DNA from: a virus
Virus record (IMG/VR): IMGVR_UViG_3300020391_000003
Location: 96,001 to 160,000 of that record
Strand: one strand, 5' to 3'
DNA length: 64,000 nt
Within the stretch, counting starts at the first letter, position 1. Each line of letters begins with the position of its first letter. Below the pieces are notes generated by a model. The model made no database searches, had not been told where the DNA came from, and was given only the letters and a program-made list of their open reading frames with translations. The position numbers were made by a program, and so were the translations under genes. This document shows, piece by piece, positions 54,393 to 62,838 of the stretch.

Positions 54393-55656
54393 ATGTCAAG
54401 ATATCCAAGATTGGTGGCTCGCCATTTGAAACTTTAAAAGGTCTTCCGCTAGGAGAGTATGTAATTTTTTCAATACTCAATCCCATAGCGTAAGCAATTG
54501 TTGCATTAATTGATGGAACATCAACTCCTTTTTCTTCAACGTAATGTGCCCGCTTATCAGATTTACCATGAACATAACCTTGCTTAATTCCGCCTCCAGC
54601 AAAAAATACGCTGAACGCAGACGGATGATGATCTCTTCCAACTCTTCCGGCTTTGATTTCTGGAGTTCTTCCAAATTCACTTGCTACAACAACCATTGTA
54701 TCTGAAAGCATACCTCTGCGATCAAGATCTGAGAGCAAGGTCGAAAGTCCATCATCTAAAACTTTTGCTTTGTTTTCTAATCCGCCAAAAACATCATTAT
54801 GCATGTCCCATCCTCCATACGATACTTCTACAAAACGCACTTTGTTTTCTATAAGTCTTCGAGCTAAAAGACAACCTTGACCAAAATTGTTTTGTCCATA
54901 TTCTTCTCTTAATGCTTCTGGCTCGTGAGTAAGGTCAAATGCTTCGAGGTCTTTACTTTTCATAAGTTTTATTGCATCGTCATATAAATCAGAATAAGCT
55001 CTAACTTGTTTTTGAGGAAATTGCCTAGTAAAACCTTCGTTTAAAATACTTGATGCATCTAGTCTGTCTTTATACATATCTTCTTGTACATATCCTGATT
55101 TTTTTACGTTTTGTATGCCAGCATCTGGGTTTCCAAGAGGCAGTGGGCCGTGCTTACTTTCGAAATATCCCGCGCCAATAATTCCACTTCCGCCATTGAT
55201 TTTAACATTATCTGGAAGGCTGTGATTTAATTTTCCACATAATTTACTAATCCAGCTGCCCATGCTTGGGTGAATAATTGTGCCACGCTTTTGATAACTT
55301 GTATGCAAAAGATAGTTTGCTTGTTCATGTGCCCCTTGATTGCTATTTACCGATCGAACTAACGACGCTAAGTGCATTTGTTGCGCTGTTCTAGGAAGCC
55401 AGCTGCCAATCTGAATGCCATCTGCAGAAGTATTTATTGCCGTAGTTTCACCCATAACCTCTTTGTTTTCTGGCTTTGGGTCAAATGTATCTATGTGAGT
55501 CATTCCTCCTGACATATTTAAAAATATAACGTGCCTAGCAGTAGGGACTCGTTCTGTGCGGGCGATTAAATCTTGTCCATATATTAGAGCGTTTACTCCG
55601 AGGTATGCTTTGGCAATATTTTGCGCAAATTGTCTTCTAGTTAATTCATCGTTCAT
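54391..55656 (-). CDS. DUF1501-family protein with a Tat signal
   Basis: LTRRQF; VIFLNMSGGMTHIDTFDPKP; FGQGCLLARRL..GWDMH; SEFGRTP; GRDHHP. Confidence 0.9.
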   Translation of the reverse strand: MNDELTRRQFAQNIAKAYLGVNALIYGQDLIARTERVPTARHVIFLNMSGGMTHIDTFDPKPENKEVMGETTAINTSADGIQIGSWLPRTAQQMHLASLVRSVNSNQGAHEQANYLLHTSYQKRGTIIHPSMGSWISKLCGKLNHSLPDNVKINGGSGIIGAGYFESKHGPLPLGNPDAGIQNVKKSGYVQEDMYKDRLDASSILNEGFTRQFPQKQVRAYSDLYDDAIKLMKSKDLEAFDLTHEPEALREEYGQNNFGQGCLLARRLIENKVRFVEVSYGGWDMHNDVFGGLENKAKVLDDGLSTLLSDLDRRGMLSDTMVVVASEFGRTPEIKAGRVGRDHHPSAFSVFFAGGGIKQGYVHGKSDKRAHYVEEKGVDVPSINATIAYAMGLSIEKITYSPSGRPFKVSNGEPPILDILT

Positions 55657-55676
55657 AATAATTATTTGTTTACACT

Positions 55677-57725
55677 TTACTTGATAAAAATAAATTCATG
55701 GCTATTTAATAGTATCCATGATACATGTTTGAATCCATCTTTTTCATCAATAAATTTTGTTAATAAATTTGATTCACTAGTTTTAGGTTTTCTAGATAAA
55801 ATCGATAAAAATGCATTTTCTACTTGTTTTGTTTTTGTTTTTTCTGATTGCATTAATTCTATAAAATCTGCATCTTTTTTGTTCAATATATTTGTTTCTA
55901 CAAATCCATTTAAAAGATTAAGTACTTGTGTTGTATTTGGCTCTGAATTGCTATTATCTATTTGCTCTTTATCACTACCACCAAACTGCCTTATTAAGTG
56001 TCCTCCTGGAGCTGGATAAGAAAGATAGCTGCTTCTAACAAGGTTGCGATCCTTTACCTTGACTTTTTCATATTCAAGGCCCGAAGCTTTTTCAATTAAA
56101 CTAACAAAGTTTCTGCTGTTTGGGTTTTCATCTGCAAGGGCTTTGATGTCTTGATAGATTTCCGGGCCAGTCATGTCTTTATATCTTTTGTATATAATAG
56201 AATAGTCTTGTTGATTTTGCATGTGAATTCTAGATTGACTGTCTATATCATTATAAACTAAAGTTACCAAAGAATCCCAGAGTTGCTCTCCTGTCATTCT
56301 TCTCAATATAGGACCTTCAAAATTATAGTCTTCCAAGCTTTTGTAATCTTCTTTTTTACTTTCTCTTTGAAACAATCTAGTATTCAAAAGAATTCTTTGG
56401 TATTCTTTCAAGTCATAATTCACACTAACCATTAATCTTTCCAGATATTTCATCAGCTTTTCGTTGCTAGCCAAAGTATCATCCATCATCGAATCAATAG
56501 GTTCTATAAGGCCAGCACCAAAAATATGTTTCCATATTCTGTTTGCAATCATTGTTGTAAATCTAGGATTATCTTTACTTGTCATCCAGTTCGCAAAAAC
56601 TTTTCTACTATTACCTTCTATTTTTTCAATCGGCTTGGGGGTAAATATAGCTTTTGCTAAAACAGTATCTCCTGGATTAGCATTATCTTCCGCAAAATCT
56701 ACAGGCAATTTTATTGTTCCTGTGCCATTATTTTCTATTCCAAACTGTATAGAATCTCTTATTTGATTTCGCCAATTATTAAATGTTCCAGCTCGAGGAT
56801 CAGCGTCACTATCAATACTTCGACTTAAATCATTTATAACCTTACCTTCTTTTCTTAATCTAACATTACCAATACCAGAAGTAAATGCTGTCATTTCATA
56901 AAATTCTTTTTGTGTCCATCGATCAAAAGGATGATCGTGGCACATCGCGCACTCTAGTTGGGTTCCCAAGAAAATTCTAACTGTATGAGAAAGATTATCT
57001 GCTTGCATGCCTCTATCTCTTAAATAATAACTTATGGCTTCTCCGCCATCATATAGCTTACCAGTGCTTCCTAATAACTCTTTTACAATTTGATCATATG
57101 TTTTGTTTGCAGTTATTGCTTCTCTTAGCCACTTGCGATAAACAATACCCACACTAATATTGGTTCCATTTATTCCGTCTTTAATTCGCAACATATCGCT
57201 CCACCAGTTTAATTGATGATTTACATAACCACTTGAATTTAAAAGTTTTTGAATTAACTTATCTTTTCTATCTCTGTCATTATCATCAGTAAATTCAATC
57301 ACTTCTTTGTGAGTTGGTATTCTGCCTATAGTTGTTAAATACAATCTTCTTGTATAAGTATACTCGTCTAATTCTTTTGTTTTTTGTAATCTTTTTGAAC
57401 GTAAATTTTGATCTATAAGCGTGTCTATATAGCTAGAGTACTGTTTTAGGGTTTTAGTATCAAGAGGCGTTTTAAGTGGCGGTATGGAGCTGTATCGACC
57501 TTCTGAGTAGTAAAGTTCTATTTGCTTTTGAGAGTCTTTTGTTAGAAGCTCTGTTTTAATTCTAAATTGTTGCAAATCTGAAGATCTTTTTAATAAAACA
57601 TGTGTTGTATTAGCTTCTATAATTTCTGCGTCTAATGATTTGCCGTTATTAAAATAAAGCTTACTTGCTAAGGTTATTGGCGCTGTTACCAATAAAACAA
57701 ATAGTATAAATATAAATTTTTTCAT
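55677..57725 (-). CDS. DUF1549/DUF1553 protein with a heme-type CxxCH motif
   Basis: RRLYLTTIGRIP, WWSDMLR, FLGTQLECAMCHDHPFDRWTQ, NRIWKHIFGAGLIEP, RRMTGEQLWDS. Confidence 0.9.
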   Translation of the reverse strand: MKKFIFILFVLLVTAPITLASKLYFNNGKSLDAEIIEANTTHVLLKRSSDLQQFRIKTELLTKDSQKQIELYYSEGRYSSIPPLKTPLDTKTLKQYSSYIDTLIDQNLRSKRLQKTKELDEYTYTRRLYLTTIGRIPTHKEVIEFTDDNDRDRKDKLIQKLLNSSGYVNHQLNWWSDMLRIKDGINGTNISVGIVYRKWLREAITANKTYDQIVKELLGSTGKLYDGGEAISYYLRDRGMQADNLSHTVRIFLGTQLECAMCHDHPFDRWTQKEFYEMTAFTSGIGNVRLRKEGKVINDLSRSIDSDADPRAGTFNNWRNQIRDSIQFGIENNGTGTIKLPVDFAEDNANPGDTVLAKAIFTPKPIEKIEGNSRKVFANWMTSKDNPRFTTMIANRIWKHIFGAGLIEPIDSMMDDTLASNEKLMKYLERLMVSVNYDLKEYQRILLNTRLFQRESKKEDYKSLEDYNFEGPILRRMTGEQLWDSLVTLVYNDIDSQSRIHMQNQQDYSIIYKRYKDMTGPEIYQDIKALADENPNSRNFVSLIEKASGLEYEKVKVKDRNLVRSSYLSYPAPGGHLIRQFGGSDKEQIDNSNSEPNTTQVLNLLNGFVETNILNKKDADFIELMQSEKTKTKQVENAFLSILSRKPKTSESNLLTKFIDEKDGFKHVSWILLNSHEFIFIK

Positions 57726-57808
57726 AAAAAAACCGCATTAAATAATAAACAACCTATGCCAAGAATCAATAAAAACTCTAATAAGAAAAAAAGATTTGAT
57801 GTATTCAT
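57722..57808 (-). CDS. 28-aa hydrophobic micropeptide MNTSNLFFLLEFLLILGIGCLLFNAVFL
   Basis: Hand-translated; ATGA coupling to the DUF1549 gene. Confidence 0.45.
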   Translation of the reverse strand: MNTSNLFFLLEFLLILGIGCLLFNAVFL

Positions 57809-57852
57809 TATAGTATATACTAATATTAATATCTTGTCAATCAAAAATTACA

Positions 57853-57880
57853 CAAAAAAACCGCATTTAAGCGGTTTTGT
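57853..57880 (-). terminator. Intrinsic (possibly bidirectional) terminator after hsp20
   Basis: AAAACCGC-ATTTAA-GCGGTTTT. Confidence 0.7.
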
Positions 57881-57899
57881 GGCAGAAGCAATATTATAA

Positions 57900-58301
57900 T
57901 TAATTGATTTTAATTCTGCTTTTTGGTGAAGATTTTTTTCGTTTTATACTTATTTCAAGTATTCCATTATTCATGGATGCCTCAATATTTTTATCATCTA
58001 AATCTTTAGATAATTTAAATTTATTATAAAAACCATCTTTGAAAATTTGTTGATGAACAAAAGATTGATCTTCTTCAGCTCCATCATATGAAACTTCTAA
58101 AATGCCATCTTTAACATTAATATCAATATCTTCTTTATTTATTCCAGGAGCTTGTAAATGTATTTCTATATGCTTATCATCTGAAAGTATATTTGATGGA
58201 GCAGGAACATTATCAAAACTTTTTCCGCTAAAAATAGAATCAATTAAATTATCCCATGAATTAACATGGCCGTTATTTGTATTTTTGTAGTAATATGTCA
58301 T
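57900..58301 (-). CDS. Small heat-shock protein Hsp20
   Basis: Start moved to ATG 58301; LQAPGINKEDIDI..DGILEV..ASMNNGILEISI. Confidence 0.9.
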   Translation of the reverse strand: MTYYYKNTNNGHVNSWDNLIDSIFSGKSFDNVPAPSNILSDDKHIEIHLQAPGINKEDIDINVKDGILEVSYDGAEEDQSFVHQQIFKDGFYNKFKLSKDLDDKNIEASMNNGILEISIKRKKSSPKSRIKIN

Positions 58302-58329
58302 GTATATTAACTTGCATATAGTGTGCCAA

Positions 58330-58959
58330 TTATTTTCTAAATAAAAAAGGTTCCCACTCTGGTCTATGTTTTTGCATAGGATCAAAGAAAGGGTAAGGGT
58401 TTGAGGGAGACAGCTCATGTCCTTTACAATTTTTATAAGGATATATAGCCGCTTTCTTTGAATTACACGGTTGACATGTAAGAGTGACATTATGACTCTC
58501 GTTTGTACCGCCTTTGCTTTTTGGGTAAATATGTTCAATTGTCATTTGCTTCATGTCAAACTTTTCTCCGCAAATTTGACACCTGCCTCGATATCTTTTA
58601 TAGAGATACCTTAAATTTGGTTTTGCTTTTGTTTGATGTATCCATTTGCAAGTTGTAAGCAATATAGTCGGAACTGGATATTTAAAATTATAAGATTTTA
58701 TATGCGGTTGATTGGGATAATAATTTGAACGCTCTGGATTAATCCAACTTTCCCAAGAAAGAGGTTCTCCGCCGTATGAAAGCGCAAAGACGGATTTTGT
58801 TCTTAAGGAATCTGATCCGCAAGATATTAGTTTTCTAATACCTTCTCTGGCGGTAGTAATATTTATTGGAGTCCAAAAGTGAGATAAAATTAATACTATT
58901 TGATTTTTTGCACAAAAAAGCTCACTCACTTTGATTAGCTTGAAGGTTTGATACGTCAA
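58330..58959 (-). CDS. HNH endonuclease (McrA-like)
   Basis: RCQICG..TIEHIYPKSKGG..NVTLTCQPCNSKK; true start probably further in. Confidence 0.88.
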   Translation of the reverse strand: MTYQTFKLIKVSELFCAKNQIVLILSHFWTPINITTAREGIRKLISCGSDSLRTKSVFALSYGGEPLSWESWINPERSNYYPNQPHIKSYNFKYPVPTILLTTCKWIHQTKAKPNLRYLYKRYRGRCQICGEKFDMKQMTIEHIYPKSKGGTNESHNVTLTCQPCNSKKAAIYPYKNCKGHELSPSNPYPFFDPMQKHRPEWEPFLFRK

Positions 58960-59143
58960 CCTGAATACCGGAAATTTCCGATTGTATATTTTCTATTTGT
59001 GATGTAGAGTTTATATTCTCAGTGGTAATAATTAAATGATCATTTATATACAATTGTCCACTAATTTGCCTTAAAATAATTTCATTGCCAGACGGCGAGT
59101 CGGGCGATAACTTCATTGAGTCTATTACAATATTGCGCGCCAT
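58922..59143 (-). CDS. Hypothetical protein
   Basis: 73-aa ORF. Confidence 0.6.
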   Translation of the reverse strand: MARNIVIDSMKLSPDSPSGNEIILRQISGQLYINDHLIITTENINSTSQIENIQSEISGIQVDVSNLQANQSE

Positions 59144-59173
59144 AAGGTAGTTGTAATATACTGGGCTTGTGTT

Positions 59174-60682
59174 TTAACTTTTACTTTTTTCTTCGGATTT
59201 TTTCTTATCCAAAATTTCTTTGTGCTTTTCCATAAAAACTTTATGGCTAGGTCCTGCCATATATAACGTCTTACCGTTTTTATCTTTGAGGGTATGAAAA
59301 CCTTGCAAGCCAAGTTTTTTTGCGTCCTTAAGAGCTTCTTCTTTTGTTTCAAAATAATGTTTCATGGGGTCAGGATTACCTTGAGCTCTTTTTAAAGCTT
59401 CTTTTGTGGGCCTATCTTTATCTCCAGGCTTTGCTGGTCGATAGTTTTTGCCCATACGTTTTTTCTTTTTGCGAATATTTTCCCAAAGACTTGAGTAAGA
59501 TTTTTTCTTTTTCTTTTTGTCTTTATCTTTTTCGTGATGACCAGATTCGGACTCTTTCATTTCTTCGCCTTGCTTTTTTAAAATTGCTTCTTGCAATGGC
59601 TTGGGAAGTTTCTTTTGTTTTTCGGTTAAACCAGCTTTACTTTTTTCATACAATGAGCTTTTCATTTTTTTGTATTGAATTGCGCAAGCTGCATAAGTTT
59701 TATCTTTATCCATTCCAGCGGTATTAACTAAATCATCATCATATTTTGCACAATGATGCATAAATGCCTTTTCCATGTAGTCCATAGAACTTGCTTCAGA
59801 TTCTTCAGTTTCTTTGTGATCTTCTCCCTTGGTCATTTTTGTTACGCTTTTCTTTGACCACATTTTGCAGCTCCAATAACGTGCTTTTGTTTTGGGTCCG
59901 GGATTTTCACAATTATGTCTAGCTCTAAAGTTCTTGCGACGATTTGGATCATCGCGTTTAATTTCCATGTTCGGATCTCCAAAATTTACTTTTACTACAT
60001 TGCCCTTTTCATTTTTGACATAAACAGAAAACTTTTTTGGACCGCCTGGAGTTCTAAATGGTTTATTGAGTTTTTTACCTTTGTTGGCTTCAGCCGCCCA
60101 ACTTTCTTCATCAACATACTCTTCAAAACCTAATTCGTCAACGTCCGAAAAAATTTCGCTCCACATTTCTTCGGTGAAGTCTGGGTCTTCTTGTAATTGG
60201 TCGTTATAAATATCAAGCTTAGCTTGAATAAAATCTTCTTCAGTCAAAAAGTTTTCTTCTCTAATACCGTCATCGATAATTACATTGGCACTAGCTTTAG
60301 CGATATCTTGGTCAGCTTTTCTGTAGCTATCTTTTACTTTACCACCACGCACCATTTTAAGAAATGTATTAACTCTTGCCATAGCCCATTGACCTCTTGA
60401 TTTTCCTGGCCTGTGACTGGATGAAAATGCTCCAGCTCCTCTGCGATAAACTTTTTTAAGCTGTGAAAGAGTAACTTTTTTACTATACTTAGAGTTATGT
60501 TCTTTTACTTTATTTTTTAAAGACTCTAAAACTTTGGCTGAAAAATTAATTTTACCACCTTTTTGGCCAGCACTACCTGGCTTATTTTTAGAGGAGCCTT
60601 TTTTACGTTCTGATTTTTTAGCTGGAGTTTGAGCGGAGCTTTTTGGTCCAGGGCGTTTTGCGGAGCTGTATTTATCTTTCAT
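59174..60682 (-). CDS. Mosaic basic protein with DUF5824-like and DUF6321-like phage domains
   Basis: KVYRRGAGAF..WAMARVN; VKVNFGDPNMEIK..FRARHNC..RYWSCKMW; DUF numbers recalled, not searched. Confidence 0.65.
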   Translation of the reverse strand: MKDKYSSAKRPGPKSSAQTPAKKSERKKGSSKNKPGSAGQKGGKINFSAKVLESLKNKVKEHNSKYSKKVTLSQLKKVYRRGAGAFSSSHRPGKSRGQWAMARVNTFLKMVRGGKVKDSYRKADQDIAKASANVIIDDGIREENFLTEEDFIQAKLDIYNDQLQEDPDFTEEMWSEIFSDVDELGFEEYVDEESWAAEANKGKKLNKPFRTPGGPKKFSVYVKNEKGNVVKVNFGDPNMEIKRDDPNRRKNFRARHNCENPGPKTKARYWSCKMWSKKSVTKMTKGEDHKETEESEASSMDYMEKAFMHHCAKYDDDLVNTAGMDKDKTYAACAIQYKKMKSSLYEKSKAGLTEKQKKLPKPLQEAILKKQGEEMKESESGHHEKDKDKKKKKKSYSSLWENIRKKKKRMGKNYRPAKPGDKDRPTKEALKRAQGNPDPMKHYFETKEEALKDAKKLGLQGFHTLKDKNGKTLYMAGPSHKVFMEKHKEILDKKKSEEKSKS

Positions 60683-60723
60683 GCATTATGTTACACGAAA
60701 CAGAGGTATTTTATATTATTTTT

Positions 60724-61782
60724 TTAACTTAGTAATGCATAATCATTGTTATACATCTTTTTAACTAAATCATTAAAGTTTGTTTTTCTTTTCCATCCTA
60801 ATTCTTTTTCAGCTAAAGATGGATCTCCTTGCAATAGTTCAACTTCCGCAGGTCTATAGAATTTTGGATTAATATTCAATAGCTCTAAATCTGTAATATT
60901 ATTATCCTCTGCAATATAATTTGATAAAAACAACTTTTCGTTTATGCCTGATCCTTTCCAATAGCATGGAATGTTTGCTGCCGAAAAACAATTTTCTACA
61001 AAACTTCTTATTGAGTGCGTTTGCCCTGAACTAAGAACATAATCTCTTGGTCCTTTAGAATTATTCATCATCAACCAGATACCTTCCACGAAATCTTCTG
61101 CATCTGACCAATCTCTTTTTGCTTCCAAATTACCAAGAGATAAAGGCTCAAAAGGTTTTTTATTTTCTAGACATTTAACTATTTTAGCGACACCTTTAGA
61201 TATTTTTCTGGTAACAAATTCTTCTCCTCTTCTTGTTCCTTCGTGATTGAATAGCCAGCCTTGAACTGCATATATATCGTAAGAATCTCTATAAACTTTT
61301 ACAAGATGTCTTGCGGAAGCTTTTGAAGCTCCATAAGGACTTCTTGGTCGAAGTGGATGATTTTCGTCCTGAGGACAATGTATGACATCTCCAAATTCTT
61401 CGCTGCTGCCGGCATTATAATACTTGCAATTTGGGCAATGTTCAGCTATAGAAGTTAACTGATAAAGCACCGACATAGTATTATTTTCCATATGGCTAAT
61501 AGGCATTGACCAGCTGTTGCCAACAAAAGAGTTTGCGGCAAAGTTTAAAAAATAATCTGGTTGTTCTTTAAGAATAACATTAGAAACATTTTGTTGATCT
61601 GTTACATCAAGGTCTATCAACTTGAACCGATTATTATTTTCTAAATGTCTAATATTTTTATGGTTTTGAACGCTTAACCTTCTTATACCTCCTATTATCG
61701 TATCTGTGGTATTTTTAAGTAAATAATCTACCATGTGACTGCCATCTTGCCCTGTGACTCCTGTGATTATTATTTTTTTCAT
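60724..61782 (-). CDS. gmd: GDP-mannose 4,6-dehydratase
   Basis: ITGVTGQDGS, AGSSEEFG, PRSPYGASK, FNHEG, RDWSDAED, YRPAEV. Confidence 0.93.
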   Translation of the reverse strand: MKKIIITGVTGQDGSHMVDYLLKNTTDTIIGGIRRLSVQNHKNIRHLENNNRFKLIDLDVTDQQNVSNVILKEQPDYFLNFAANSFVGNSWSMPISHMENNTMSVLYQLTSIAEHCPNCKYYNAGSSEEFGDVIHCPQDENHPLRPRSPYGASKASARHLVKVYRDSYDIYAVQGWLFNHEGTRRGEEFVTRKISKGVAKIVKCLENKKPFEPLSLGNLEAKRDWSDAEDFVEGIWLMMNNSKGPRDYVLSSGQTHSIRSFVENCFSAANIPCYWKGSGINEKLFLSNYIAEDNNITDLELLNINPKFYRPAEVELLQGDPSLAEKELGWKRKTNFNDLVKKMYNNDYALLS

Positions 61783-62213
61783 TTTAATATGTCTGGATTT
61801 TGTTTAATTGTTTGTTTTGCGATCAAATCTTTTAATCGAGTAGTAGACCACTCATGTGAGCGAGTGGTGTATATAACTTTAGGAGGAAGATCATCTCCTG
61901 TGAAGCTTTTGCCAATGTAATCTTCTCCAAGTATACGAACATCAGGTTTCCAAAATTTTATTAAATCAACAAGCTCTTCTTCTGTTTGATACATGTATAC
62001 TTCGTCGATATATTTTATAGCCATTAATGCTTTGTATCGTTCGTAGTACGGTATAACAGGTTTGTATTTTGTGAATCGCGTGGCACTTGGGTCTTTCTGT
62101 AAAAAAATTAAAAAACGATCACAATGTCGTTTCGCCTCCTCAAAAGTATAAATGTAACCTGGATGCAATAAATCAAAATTGCCTGCCGTGAATCCTACTA
62201 TTTCTTTATTCAT
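61779..62213 (-). CDS. Glycerol-3-phosphate-type cytidylyltransferase (TagD/RfaE-like)
   Basis: Start moved to ATG 62213; AGNFDLLHPGY, YYER, LGEDY, STT. Confidence 0.85.
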   Translation of the reverse strand: MNKEIVGFTAGNFDLLHPGYIYTFEEAKRHCDRFLIFLQKDPSATRFTKYKPVIPYYERYKALMAIKYIDEVYMYQTEEELVDLIKFWKPDVRILGEDYIGKSFTGDDLPPKVIYTTRSHEWSTTRLKDLIAKQTIKQNPDILK

Positions 62214-62214
62214 T

Positions 62215-62838
62215 TTAATTATGTACAAATAAAATTTTAGGTATTTTTTGAGTTTTATCAAGAGAAATATGTTGCAGACAGCCTTGAAAGAAGTTCCAGT
62301 CTGCTCCAAAACTTCTAAAGGGAAAACCTACTTTCATAGCTATATCCGATTTGACAGCAACGCAGCCCATGTCAATCCAAGTGTCTTTTAGTTGAGAATT
62401 TAATAAGCCATATCCACATATTCTATCAAAATTAACATTTCGATGATTATGAATACAATCCCAATATATAAAATCTTTATCTTGATTGGCTAAATTATTA
62501 ATATCGGACACCCAAATTGGTACATAATAATTATCGCAATTAGTTATTGTAATATAAGGTGCATCTGAGATTCTATTTTGTAAACCATACTCACGCAATG
62601 GATGGCCCCATTTGTTGGTGCGAGTTTCAGTTGCAGACAATACAATTCTAGAATTATCTAAATATCCATTGCTAGATAAATCTTCTTTCAGATTTTCAAA
62701 AATTTCTCCAGCACCATCATGAATAATGTGAAGACGCCAATTGGGACTTGTTTGAGACCGAATGCTATCAATAAAACATTTTAATTTGAAGCCATGGTCA
62801 TAAGTAACAGCTATAATTTCTAATATAGGTTTGTTCAC
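62215..62838 (-). CDS. GT2-like glycosyltransferase
   Basis: CFIDSIRSQT..IIHDG..YITITNCDNYY. Confidence 0.75.
   Translation of the reverse strand: MNKPILEIIAVTYDHGFKLKCFIDSIRSQTSPNWRLHIIHDGAGEIFENLKEDLSSNGYLDNSRIVLSATETRTNKWGHPLREYGLQNRISDAPYITITNCDNYYVPIWVSDINNLANQDKDFIYWDCIHNHRNVNFDRICGYGLLNSQLKDTWIDMGCVAVKSDIAMKVGFPFRSFGADWNFFQGCLQHISLDKTQKIPKILFVHN

Noticed and set aside
57900-58538. 212-aa ORF as supplied
   Set aside because: The first 79 codons overlap the HNH gene in another frame; the Hsp20 domain fits a start at 58301. Similar over-extended starts were trimmed elsewhere.
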